Of a stretch of DNA of 64,000 nucleotides, positions 9,034 to 18,033 are shown one piece after another. The notes below the pieces were generated by a model. It was not told the origin of the DNA. It made no database searches and worked only from the letters and a program-made list of their open reading frames with translations. This stretch comes from Longimicrobiales bacterium (GTDB lineage: Bacteria > Gemmatimonadota > Gemmatimonadetes > Longimicrobiales > Gaopeijiaceae). The DNA lies in NCBI GenBank assembly GCA_965197725.1, contig CBDANQ010000056.1:38696-102695 (forward strand), given 5' to 3'. Each line of letters begins with the position of its first letter. Position 1 is the first letter of the stretch. Made by a program: the position numbers and the translations under genes.

Positions 9034-10611
9034 ATGATCAGCCAGAACCCACGGCCCGGGAAACGCATCCTCTGGGTCGACGACGAGATCGGCCTTCTCA
9101 AGCCACACCTGCTCTTCCTCCAGGCGCGTGGCTACCACGTCGACGCCATCTCCAACGGGGACGACGCGCTCGAGCTACTGATCGAGAACTCCTATGACCT
9201 GGTTCTGCTCGACGAACAGATGCCCGGACGTCGGGGGCTCGAGGTGCTGGAGATCATGAGGCGTCAGGATCCCCACCAGCGCGTGGTGATGGTCACGAAG
9301 TCCGAAGAGGACCACACGATGACCGAGGCGATCGGGCGGCGTGTGGAGGACTACCTCGTGAAGCCGGCGAGCCCCCGACAAGTGCTCTCGGTGGTGACGC
9401 GCATTCTCGAAGGCTCGTCGATCCGGCAGCAGCAGGCAGCGCAGGATTTCGCGGCTCGCTTCGGCCGACTCGCCATGCTCCAGCAGGAAGCCGATGCGCC
9501 CGACGACTGGGTGAAGGTCTTTACCGAGCTGGTGGACTGGCACATCCGGTTGGAGCAGGCGGGCGAGACCGGGCTGCTCGATACGGTCCGTTCGCTCATG
9601 GACGACCTGAGGCGGGACTTCGGCATGTGGGTCACCCGCCATTACGCGCGATGGATGGAGGACGCGGAGGACCGGCCGCGTCTGTCGGTCGACCTGGTTC
9701 GGGAGTTTTTGGTCCCGCGGCTCGGTTCGGACCCCGTGTATTTCGTGGTGCTCGACTGCATGCGGCTCGATCAATGGAGGGCGATCTCGCCGCTGCTCGC
9801 GCAGTATTTCGACTTGGAGGAGACGTACCACTATTCGATTCTGCCGACTGCGACTCCCTACGCGCGAAACGCGATCTTCAGCGGGCAGTATCCGGACGAG
9901 ATCGCCAAGAAGCGTCCGGAGTGGTGGGACGCGACGGATGACGAGGGCAGCCTCAACGCGTTCGAGGACACATTGCTGGTCGAGCAGCTCAAACGACTCA
10001 CGGGGCGGGACGTACCGGTTCACTATGAGAAGATCTTCTCGGACCGGCACAGTGATCAGGTCCGCGCTCGGGTCAATTCAGCGCTCAAGACACCGGGTAC
10101 CGTCATCGCGCTCGTCTTCAACTTCGTGGACCTCATGACCCATGGTCGGTCGGAGTCCCCGATCCTCATGGAGGTCGCCCGCGACGAGGCGGCGTTGAGG
10201 GACCTGACGCGAGCGTGGTTCCAGCGTTCCACGGCCTTCGCGGTTCTCAAGGAGGCCGCGCTTCGGGGCCACGAGGTGATCATGACGACTGATCATGGCT
10301 CGATTCTCTGCCAGCACCCGAGCACGGTTTTCGCGAGGCGCGATGCGACGAAGAATCTCCGCTACAAGTTCGGCCAGGATCTGCGTGCCGAGGTGTCGAC
10401 GACCGCGTACACGATCAGGGACGAGAAGCATCTGCGACTGCCGGCGGGCCGCCTCGGCATGACCTACCTCATCGCGCTCGAGGACTACTTCTTCGTCTAT
10501 CCGACGAAGCTTCGGGAGTACCAGGCGCGCTACCGAAACTCGTTTCTCCACGGCGGCATCAGCCCGGAGGAAATGATCGTCCCGGTCGTGAGTCTCACAC
10601 CGAGGCAATGA
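9034..10611 (+). CDS. PorX-like response regulator: receiver domain + PglZ/alkaline-phosphatase-superfamily domain
   Basis: ILWVDDEIGLLKPH..LLDEQMPG..MVTKSEE..YLVKP; C-terminal LDCMRLDQW, ILPTATPYARNAIFSG, NFVDLMTH, TTDHG, HGGISPEEMIVP. Confidence 0.88.
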   Translation: MISQNPRPGKRILWVDDEIGLLKPHLLFLQARGYHVDAISNGDDALELLIENSYDLVLLDEQMPGRRGLEVLEIMRRQDPHQRVVMVTKSEEDHTMTEAIGRRVEDYLVKPASPRQVLSVVTRILEGSSIRQQQAAQDFAARFGRLAMLQQEADAPDDWVKVFTELVDWHIRLEQAGETGLLDTVRSLMDDLRRDFGMWVTRHYARWMEDAEDRPRLSVDLVREFLVPRLGSDPVYFVVLDCMRLDQWRAISPLLAQYFDLEETYHYSILPTATPYARNAIFSGQYPDEIAKKRPEWWDATDDEGSLNAFEDTLLVEQLKRLTGRDVPVHYEKIFSDRHSDQVRARVNSALKTPGTVIALVFNFVDLMTHGRSESPILMEVARDEAALRDLTRAWFQRSTAFAVLKEAALRGHEVIMTTDHGSILCQHPSTVFARRDATKNLRYKFGQDLRAEVSTTAYTIRDEKHLRLPAGRLGMTYLIALEDYFFVYPTKLREYQARYRNSFLHGGISPEEMIVPVVSLTPRQ

Positions 10612-12464
10612 AGGCCGAAGCGCTCGCGTCGCTTGCGGCTTCTCCGTACCGTCGCGTCCTGTCGTATCTGAGACCGCACTCGGGCGTGCTATTCGTGGCC
10701 ATCGTCGCGACCGCCCTCTTCGCGGTACTCGACGCATCGGTCTACCTCCTGCTCATCCCTTTCATCGAAGCACTCTTCGTAAGCGGAGGCGGTCCGCGCT
10801 CCGCGGGCGAGTCGCTCATGGAGAGGTTGCTCGACGGCACCGTCTACCGGTGGGTCGACCTGTCGGGAGATCCGCTCGCGGCGATCGCACGCATCATCAT
10901 TCTGATCCTGCTCGTCTTCGCGGTGAAGAACTTCTTCCACTTCACGCGCACCTATCTGGTCGCGCGGGCGGAGCAGGGGATCAACCGAGATCTGCGCAAC
11001 GAAGTGTATGACCATCTCGTCGAGCTCGACCTGACCTTCTTCAGTCGCGTGCGCATGGGTCAGATCGTGAGCCGCCTCACGACCGAGGTCGAGCAGATGC
11101 GAACGCTCGTGACCGCCGAGTCTTCCAAGCTCGTATCGGCGGTCTTCGAGTTTGCGGTGGCGGTCGTCTTCATGGTCTTGATCTCGTGGCAACTTACGCT
11201 CGCGGCGTTTGTCGTGATTCCCGGGGCGATGATCATCTGGGGTCCGTTGGTGAACGTGCTGAGGCGGCGGGATCGGCGCGTGCTGCACCTGGGCGGGGAG
11301 GTTGCCGCGCATGTGCAGGAGACGCTCACCGGCATCCGGCTGGTGAAGTCTTCGTCTGCGGAGCAGCGCGAGAAGCAGCGCTTCCGGGGTCTGACCGGGG
11401 ACTACTTCAGGCACTTTCTGCGAGCCGAATTCGCACGTGCGCTCGCCGCTCCGATGACAGAAATGATGGCTGCGTCCGGCACAGTGATCCTGCTCTGGTT
11501 CGGTGCTCGGCTCGTCGTGGCGGGCGATCTCACAGGGGCGCTGTTCATCGGATTTCTCGGACTTTCGATGAAACTGTATTCGCCCGTGAAGAACGTGGCC
11601 AAGTTCCCGGCCACCGCCCAGCCGGGTCTCGTTGCGGCGGAGCGCGTGTTCGAGTTCCTCGATGCACCGGTCGAGATCGAGAACGCGCCCGGTGCCCAGA
11701 GGCTGGAAAAGTTCGGATCCGTGATCGCGTTCGAGGACGTTTCGTTCGCGTATCGCGAAGGTGAGCCCGTTCTCCGCGATGTGTCCTTGAGCGTCGAACG
11801 CGGCGATGTAGTCGCGCTCGTCGGACCCAGTGGAGCCGGCAAGACGACGCTCGTCGACTTGCTCGGACGCTTCTTCGAGGTCGGCTCGGGTCGCATCACC
11901 ATCGACGGGGTCGACGTCCGCGATGTGCGGGTGGCGGACTTACGAGCGCTTATGGGCCTGGTGTCTCAGGAAACGGTTCTCTTCCACGACTCCGTGCGCG
12001 CGAACATTGCCTACGGGCGCCCGGAGGCGTCACAAGCGGACATCGAGGCCGCGGCGATCGCGGCCCACGCGCACGCGTTCATCGCCGAGATGCCTTATGC
12101 ATACGATACCCTCGTGGGCGAATGCGGGGTGGAGGTCTCGGGCGGCCAGCGACAGCGCATCGCGATCGCCCGGGCTCTGTTGCGCGACCCACCGATCCTC
12201 GTCTTCGATGAGGCAACCAGCTCGTTGGATACCACGTCGGAACGCCTCATTCAGGACGCGATCAAGCGGCTCATGGACGGCCGCACGGTCTTCGTGATCG
12301 CGCACAGGCTCTCGACCGTGCAGCGCGCGGACCAGATTCTGGTGATGGACCGCGGACGCATTGTCGAGCGGGGAGACCACGCGACTCTCCTCGCCCAGGC
12401 CGGGCTGTACCGCCGCCTGTACGACCTCCAGTTCGACGCGGGGGCCTTGGCTAGCAGCACGTGA
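10608..12464 (+). CDS. msbA: MsbA-like ABC exporter (TMD+NBD)
   Basis: Multi-TM N-terminal domain, GPSGAGKTT, SGGQRQRIAIARA, FDEATSSLD, IAHRLST; adjacent to lipid A acyltransferase. Confidence 0.8.
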   Translation: MKAEALASLAASPYRRVLSYLRPHSGVLFVAIVATALFAVLDASVYLLLIPFIEALFVSGGGPRSAGESLMERLLDGTVYRWVDLSGDPLAAIARIIILILLVFAVKNFFHFTRTYLVARAEQGINRDLRNEVYDHLVELDLTFFSRVRMGQIVSRLTTEVEQMRTLVTAESSKLVSAVFEFAVAVVFMVLISWQLTLAAFVVIPGAMIIWGPLVNVLRRRDRRVLHLGGEVAAHVQETLTGIRLVKSSSAEQREKQRFRGLTGDYFRHFLRAEFARALAAPMTEMMAASGTVILLWFGARLVVAGDLTGALFIGFLGLSMKLYSPVKNVAKFPATAQPGLVAAERVFEFLDAPVEIENAPGAQRLEKFGSVIAFEDVSFAYREGEPVLRDVSLSVERGDVVALVGPSGAGKTTLVDLLGRFFEVGSGRITIDGVDVRDVRVADLRALMGLVSQETVLFHDSVRANIAYGRPEASQADIEAAAIAAHAHAFIAEMPYAYDTLVGECGVEVSGGQRQRIAIARALLRDPPILVFDEATSSLDTTSERLIQDAIKRLMDGRTVFVIAHRLSTVQRADQILVMDRGRIVERGDHATLLAQAGLYRRLYDLQFDAGALASST

Positions 12465-13372
12465 CCGCGAAACCCGTCCGGCATCGCTTGCAGTACGGAG
12501 CCTTCAAGCTGGTCACCGCGCTCTTCTTCGTGGTGCCCGAGAGGGGCGCTATTGCGCTTGCGGCCTTCTTGGGCTGGCTGGCGGGCAGCGTGCTACGGAT
12601 TCGGCGAACGGTGGTCGACGAGCATCTCGTGCTTGCGTTCCGCGACCGACCTCGCGGCTGGAGGGATCACGTGGCGCGCGCCAGCTATATGCACCTCGCT
12701 CGCGAGTGGATGGCCACGTTCCGGCTCACCCGACTGGGTCGGGACAAGATTCTCGCCCGCACGAACATGGTCGGCTTCGACGCGTTCCGGAGGGCGGTCG
12801 AGGAGGGGAAGGGCGTGGTGCTCATGACCGGACACTTGGGGAACTGGGAGTTCTGTGCGGCGGGCTTCACCGCGAGGGGTATTCCCCTGGACGCGGTCGC
12901 GAAGAGCATGGCCAATTCGGAGTTCGGCGCCGCGTTGCTCGAGGCGCGCGAGCGGATTGGGATGGGCGTCATAGACGTGGACGAGGCGCCGCGGGGGGTG
13001 CTGCGAAGTCTACGCGCGGGGCGGGTCGTAGCGATGCTGGCCGATCAGAACGCCCATCGCGGCGGAATTTTCGTGCCGTTCTTCGGGAGGCTCGCGTCGA
13101 CGGCGCGGGGTCCGGCTGTCTTCGCGCTCCGCGCCGGCGCTCCGATGTTCTTGGGCATCCCACTTCGTGATCCGGGTTGGAAGCAGAAGTACACGGTCGA
13201 GCTGCGCCGTATCGACTTCCAGCCGTCCGGCCGCCTCGATGCGGACGTGCAGGCGCTGACCGCGGTACACACGGCGGCGCTGGAGCAGGCCATAGGGGAG
13301 GCTCCGGAGCAGTACTTCTGGCAGCACAAGCGCTGGAAAATGCGCCCTGAGGGGGAGCCACTGTCGGAGTGA
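12461..13372 (+). CDS. lpxL: Lipid A late acyltransferase (LpxL/HtrB family)
   Basis: TGHLGNWE, LADQNA, FVPFFG, PEQYFWQHKRWK. Confidence 0.8.
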   Translation: MTAKPVRHRLQYGAFKLVTALFFVVPERGAIALAAFLGWLAGSVLRIRRTVVDEHLVLAFRDRPRGWRDHVARASYMHLAREWMATFRLTRLGRDKILARTNMVGFDAFRRAVEEGKGVVLMTGHLGNWEFCAAGFTARGIPLDAVAKSMANSEFGAALLEARERIGMGVIDVDEAPRGVLRSLRAGRVVAMLADQNAHRGGIFVPFFGRLASTARGPAVFALRAGAPMFLGIPLRDPGWKQKYTVELRRIDFQPSGRLDADVQALTAVHTAALEQAIGEAPEQYFWQHKRWKMRPEGEPLSE

Positions 13373-13462
13373 TGGAACTTTGGAACTCAGGAACCGCGCT
13401 GGTGCCTCCCGGTATAAGCCGTCGATCGGTGCCACGGACTCCGTGCACCTGCCGCGGCTAGG

Positions 13463-14245
13463 TTGATCCCTCACGGCGATTACGGGCCCGTGATCTACGT
13501 CTGCATCCCAGCGCACAACGAAGCCTCGACGGTCGGCGTCCTTCTGTGGAAGGTGCGTCGCGTTATGGGCGAATTCGATCGGGACTACCGGATCGTCGTG
13601 CACGACGATGCGTCCTCGGACGATACCCAGGCGGTGCTCGAGCGCTACAGACTGGCGGTACCGCTCACGGTCCTCGAGTCCGTCGAGCAGATCGGCTACA
13701 GCGCCTCGGTGGAGAAGCTGCTCCGTCACGTCGTGAAGGAGGCGTCCTACCCAAAGCGTGATTGTGCGGTCGTGCTGCAGGGGGACTTCACAGAAGATCC
13801 CGAGGACATCGTGGGACTCGTAAGGGTGCTCGAGGGCGGGGCCGACATCGTCGCGGGAGCCATGGAGGAGGGTGCTTGCCCGCTGCCGCGCGCGGTCCGC
13901 CTGGTTCGCGCGTTTTCGCGCGCGCTTCTGCCCGCCGTGGTCGCGCGGGCGCCCGTGTCAGACCCTCTGAGCGGCTTGCGCGCCTACCGGGTGATCGTGC
14001 TGAAAAAGGCGCTGCGCGATCGCCCAGTGGAGGAGCCGCTCTTGGAGTCGGAGGGGTGGGCCTCGAACGTAGAGTTGCTCGGCAGGCTCGCGCCCCACGC
14101 ACGCCGCATCGCTGAGTCGCCGCTCGGACTCCGCTATGACCTACGGCTACGCGAGTCGCGCTTCAGGCCTTGGAAGACCTTCATGGATCTGGCCCGCCTG
14201 CGCGGGGGAACTCTGTGGTCTTCGCTCGGCACGGAAACGGCATGA
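13463..14245 (+). CDS. GT2 family glycosyltransferase
   Basis: IYVCIPAHNE, VHDDASSDDT, SDPLSGLRAYR; DxD position reads QGD. Confidence 0.8.
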   Translation: MIPHGDYGPVIYVCIPAHNEASTVGVLLWKVRRVMGEFDRDYRIVVHDDASSDDTQAVLERYRLAVPLTVLESVEQIGYSASVEKLLRHVVKEASYPKRDCAVVLQGDFTEDPEDIVGLVRVLEGGADIVAGAMEEGACPLPRAVRLVRAFSRALLPAVVARAPVSDPLSGLRAYRVIVLKKALRDRPVEEPLLESEGWASNVELLGRLAPHARRIAESPLGLRYDLRLRESRFRPWKTFMDLARLRGGTLWSSLGTETA

Positions 14246-15165
14246 GTACCGTCGCGCCGCGCGGCAGGTGGGCTGTGCTCGGTGGCCTCGCACTGTCCGC
14301 ACTCGTTGGTCCGGCGTCGCTGCTCTCACAAGAGCCCGAGGATGCGCGGGACTCCGCGGCGATTCTCGACAGTCTCGCCGCCCAGTACCCGACGAACGAT
14401 CTCGCTGCCGCCGCCCCATTCGGGCCCGGGGAGAAGATGCTGTACCGGGTCGAGATCGGTTGGTTCGACGTTGGCGAAGGCCATATCACGGTCGAGGCGC
14501 TCGACAGCGTGCGCGGCAACAGCACCTACCGCGCGACGATGGAGATCGACGCCGGCATGCTGGGGCTCAAGGTGCACGACATCTACACGACGTTCTTCGA
14601 CGTGAGCACGCTGCAGAGCTGGCGGTTCTTGCGTGAGATGAACCAGGTGAGCTACCACGCCACGCGCCACTACGAGCTCTATCCCGAAGAGGGCATCTGG
14701 GACAACGAGGACAAGGAAGAGGGGGAGAACGACAAGTCCGGTCCGCTCGGCTCGTCTCTCCCGCTCGACGAGATCGCCTTCATCTACTTCCTGCGCCAGA
14801 TGGAGCTCGAGGTGGGCAAGACCTACACGATGTCGCGCTACTTCAAGGAAGACGGGAACCCGGTCGAAATCCGCGCGCTGCGCAAAGAACGGAAAGAGGT
14901 CGACGGTGGCGTGTTCGACTGCATCGTGGTGCAGCCGATCATCCAAACGTCCGGCTTGTTCGCCGAGGGTGGCGAGGCGGAAATCTACCTCAGCGACGAC
15001 GACCGTCGGCTGATGGTGTACATGAAGAGCAACCTCCAGGGGTTTCCGGGGGCGCTGGAATTGTACCTCAAGGAGTATCACCCGGGCGTGCCGCTGAACG
15101 CCGATTCGAGAGTGGCGGCTGCGGAGGCGAGGGAAGCCCGAGCGCAGGCCGCCGTCGGTCGGTGA
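14242..15165 (+). CDS. DUF3108-like exported protein
   Basis: Signal-like N-terminus, PFGPGEKMLY, PLDEIAFIYFLR, IYLSDDDRRL; start overlaps GT2 stop (ATGA). Confidence 0.65.
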   Translation: MSTVAPRGRWAVLGGLALSALVGPASLLSQEPEDARDSAAILDSLAAQYPTNDLAAAAPFGPGEKMLYRVEIGWFDVGEGHITVEALDSVRGNSTYRATMEIDAGMLGLKVHDIYTTFFDVSTLQSWRFLREMNQVSYHATRHYELYPEEGIWDNEDKEEGENDKSGPLGSSLPLDEIAFIYFLRQMELEVGKTYTMSRYFKEDGNPVEIRALRKERKEVDGGVFDCIVVQPIIQTSGLFAEGGEAEIYLSDDDRRLMVYMKSNLQGFPGALELYLKEYHPGVPLNADSRVAAAEAREARAQAAVGR

Positions 15166-15238
15166 CGGGAGAGCCAGGTCGAGGCTCGATTCATCTCCGC
15201 GGCAGGTCGTTTTGGCCGTCGACAGTGGCCCTGGTCCG

Positions 15239-15781
15239 ATGGGGATGAGACGGATCCGGACCAAGATGGTCTGGCTGCTCGTCCTCCCGTTTCTCTGGTT
15301 TGCGCAGCCCACGACAGGACGGCTCGCGGTTGGCGCCGCGCTTGCCGCGGTGGGCCTGTTGATCCGCGGCTGGGCCGCGGGAACCATCCGCAAGGACGAG
15401 GACCTTACGACATCGGGACCGTACGCATATACACGGAATCCGCTGTACGTCGGCAGCTTTTTCGTCGGGCTCGGTGTGACGCTCGCTGGGGGGCACTGGA
15501 TCTGGCCCGCGCTCTTCTTTGCCTTCTATCTCGGCGCGTACCGGCGCACGATGTCCGGAGAGACCGAGCTGCTCACCGAGCTCTTCGGTGATCGCTTCGT
15601 GCACTACGCCGAGAATGTGCCGGCGCTGCTGCCTAGGCTGACCCGGTATCGACCGGATCAGCTCGACGTTGAGGGCGGGTTCCGCGTGAGCCGGTACAAG
15701 CGCAACAACGAATGGGAAGCTCTGCTCGGCGCCGGCGCCGCTCTCGCGTTTCTCGCGACGAAACGCATGTGGTTCGGCTGA
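15239..15781 (+). CDS. Isoprenylcysteine carboxyl methyltransferase family membrane protein
   Basis: IRGWAAG, LTTSGPYAYTRNPLYVGS, YAENVP. Confidence 0.8.
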   Translation: MGMRRIRTKMVWLLVLPFLWFAQPTTGRLAVGAALAAVGLLIRGWAAGTIRKDEDLTTSGPYAYTRNPLYVGSFFVGLGVTLAGGHWIWPALFFAFYLGAYRRTMSGETELLTELFGDRFVHYAENVPALLPRLTRYRPDQLDVEGGFRVSRYKRNNEWEALLGAGAALAFLATKRMWFG

Positions 15782-15788
15782 GCTGCCG

Positions 15789-16841
15789 CTACACCCGTAC
15801 GTATCGCTCCATCGCTAGCGACACTTTCTCCAACACGGCATCTACAGTGATGCGTTCCATGCCGTCCCGATACGTCGACATGATGGGGTATTGCTCACCA
15901 GGATACTCGGCGTACCCGTCCACTATCAGATCCTCGAAGGCGCCATACGGTCCCGAGCGCTTCGGGTTCGTGTAGCCGTACAGCCCAACGACCGGCGTGT
16001 CGAGCGCGCGGCCGATGTGCAGTGGCCCGGTATCCGGGCTGACGAGCAGCGCGCTGCCCTCGAGGATCCACACGAGCTTTCTGAGATCGTCGCCGAGTGC
16101 GTCGACGACGCTCGCACCGGTCGCCCGGAGCACCTCGTCGGCCATGTGCCGCTCCACCGGTGAGGGTCCGCCGACGATGACCGGCCGCAGGCCGTGCTCG
16201 CTCTCGATCCGCTCCAGCATGCGTGCATAACCGTCGGCGCTCCAGTTCTTCTCGAGCTTGCTCGTGCCCAGCACCACCGCGCAGGCCGGACGGTCGAGCT
16301 CGGTGAAGAAGTCGGTCTGTGCCGCGCGCTCCTCCCCGGAAAGGCGGAGGTCCCACTCCAACGGCTCGGGGTCGACACCCAAGTACTCCAAGAACTCGAA
16401 GTACTGATCCTGAACGTGGCGTTGGCCCCTGGCAGGGATGCGCCGGTCCGTGAAGAGCCACTGCGCGTCCCGCGCGCGCGCGCGGTCAAAACCGAGCTTA
16501 ACGTCAGCGCTCGCGATCGCCGCGATCACGCCCGCCTTGAAGTAAACCTGCAGGCCGATGAGCAGATCGAAGTGGCGTCCGGCCATCGCGCGCCGGAGGT
16601 CGAGGAAGGCTCTCAACCCTTCCATACCGCGTCGGCGGCGGAAGATGACGAAGTCGTCGATCGCCGCATGGCCCTGAACGAGTTGGTGCGGAACCGGCTG
16701 AATCACCCACGTGATGCGGCACTCGGGACACGCACGCTTGAGGGCGTTCGCGACCGGCAGCACGCGTACCGCGTCGCCGAGCGCCGAGAGCATCACGATG
16801 CACACCTCGCGAGGTGGCGGCCCCGACCAGGCAGAAGTCAC
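15789..16841 (-). CDS. GT9 LPS heptosyltransferase
   Basis: LSALGDAV, ITWVI, SPDTGPLHIG, VVGLYG. Confidence 0.85.
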   Translation of the reverse strand: MTSAWSGPPPREVCIVMLSALGDAVRVLPVANALKRACPECRITWVIQPVPHQLVQGHAAIDDFVIFRRRRGMEGLRAFLDLRRAMAGRHFDLLIGLQVYFKAGVIAAIASADVKLGFDRARARDAQWLFTDRRIPARGQRHVQDQYFEFLEYLGVDPEPLEWDLRLSGEERAAQTDFFTELDRPACAVVLGTSKLEKNWSADGYARMLERIESEHGLRPVIVGGPSPVERHMADEVLRATGASVVDALGDDLRKLVWILEGSALLVSPDTGPLHIGRALDTPVVGLYGYTNPKRSGPYGAFEDLIVDGYAEYPGEQYPIMSTYRDGMERITVDAVLEKVSLAMERYVRV

Positions 16842-17617
16842 GAACTCTCCCCGAAGCCGTCACGAAGCGCTCGCCAACATCCATCCGATAGTTCGACGGC
16901 GTGCCGATCAGCGAGCCTTCGCAGGGATCGCTCGAGCCGCTCACGCATGAAGTCGTGGGGGCCGGGCGCCGCCTGTGGCAGGATGTTGCAGCGATCCAGG
17001 TCGATCACATGCGCCTCAGTCTCTCCGAGGTGAACGCGAAGGAGGATGTTGCCGGCGTTGACGTCCGGATGCAGGACGCGCGTGTCCTCCAGCTTGCGGA
17101 CGACCTTCCCCGCAATGTGGAGGGCCGTCTCGACATCGAGCTGGCTATCTCTGTTCCCGAAGAGGAGGTCTCGGAGACTTTTCGCGTCCGGGATGAATTC
17201 GGTCGCCAGGTCGGCTCGATAGAACATGCCGGCGGAATAGGTAGCCCCGGCCACGACCGCCGGGGTCGGAACTCCCCGTTTCCGGGCTTCCGCGCTCGCT
17301 TTCAGCTCGCGGATCGGACGGCTGTCCCCCGCGGCTAGATATCGGTCGTCCAGGTACCGTGCCACCGCCCCGCCCCTACGGTAGTGGCGCACCGCCCAGT
17401 GGTCCCGGCGGTCGGGGCCGGGCGTGGGGGCCGGAACCGCGTGGACCGTGCCGCGGCCGGTGAAGGACACTACGTGGTCATGTCCAGCTGCCCACCCGTG
17501 CAGAGTGTTCCCCCCTGCGAGGGTCGCCGCGAGCCAGTCCGCACCCGCAGACCACACGAAGCCCTCCGAGTCGATGCCGGAGCGGGCCTCGTATCCCTCC
17601 GCGCCACGGAGGGTCAC
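16838..17617 (-). CDS. kdkA: Kdo kinase (LPS kinase family)
   Basis: VRHYRRGG, YRADL, HPDVNAGNILL, VIDLDR, RLERSL. Confidence 0.8.
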   Translation of the reverse strand: MTLRGAEGYEARSGIDSEGFVWSAGADWLAATLAGGNTLHGWAAGHDHVVSFTGRGTVHAVPAPTPGPDRRDHWAVRHYRRGGAVARYLDDRYLAAGDSRPIRELKASAEARKRGVPTPAVVAGATYSAGMFYRADLATEFIPDAKSLRDLLFGNRDSQLDVETALHIAGKVVRKLEDTRVLHPDVNAGNILLRVHLGETEAHVIDLDRCNILPQAAPGPHDFMRERLERSLRRLADRHAVELSDGCWRALRDGFGESS

Positions 17618-18033
17618 GCCTCCGCGGCCTCGGCGGAAACCTCGATGAGGAAGATCCCAGGGCCCTGGAGCGTCTGTCCCTTCACCTTGACGCGGAACGT
17701 GTACTGTCCGGTATGCGGAAAGACGACGTCCTCCAGGGGCATGATGAGTTGGCTTCGCGGCGGCGGGTGGCCTGGCGCCTGCGCCTGTACCTCGGTCTCG
17801 CCTTCGACCGTGAGTGAGACGTTGCCCTCGTCGTCCTCCAGGTCTGCCTTGAACAGATACCGGCCCTGGTCGGCCTTATCCCATTCGAGCACGAGCACGA
17901 GGACCAACTGGTCCTGCTGAGCCGGAAAGCCTGGCGCGGAGAGGTCGCTGTAGACGCCGCGCAAGTCGATCTTCCCCTCAGGGGTCGTACGCGCGTCGTC
18001 GCAGATCGCGGCAAAACGGATTTGAGCGCTCAT
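17614..18033 (-). CDS. DUF6941-like beta-sandwich protein
   Basis: AICDDA..GKIDLRGVY..APGFPA..FPHTGQYTF. Confidence 0.6.
   Translation of the reverse strand: MSAQIRFAAICDDARTTPEGKIDLRGVYSDLSAPGFPAQQDQLVLVLVLEWDKADQGRYLFKADLEDDEGNVSLTVEGETEVQAQAPGHPPPRSQLIMPLEDVVFPHTGQYTFRVKVKGQTLQGPGIFLIEVSAEAAEA

Noticed and set aside
9034..10611. BREX defence system because of the PglZ domain
   Set aside because: It is a receiver-fused PorX-type protein; no brxC, pglX or brxL is present.
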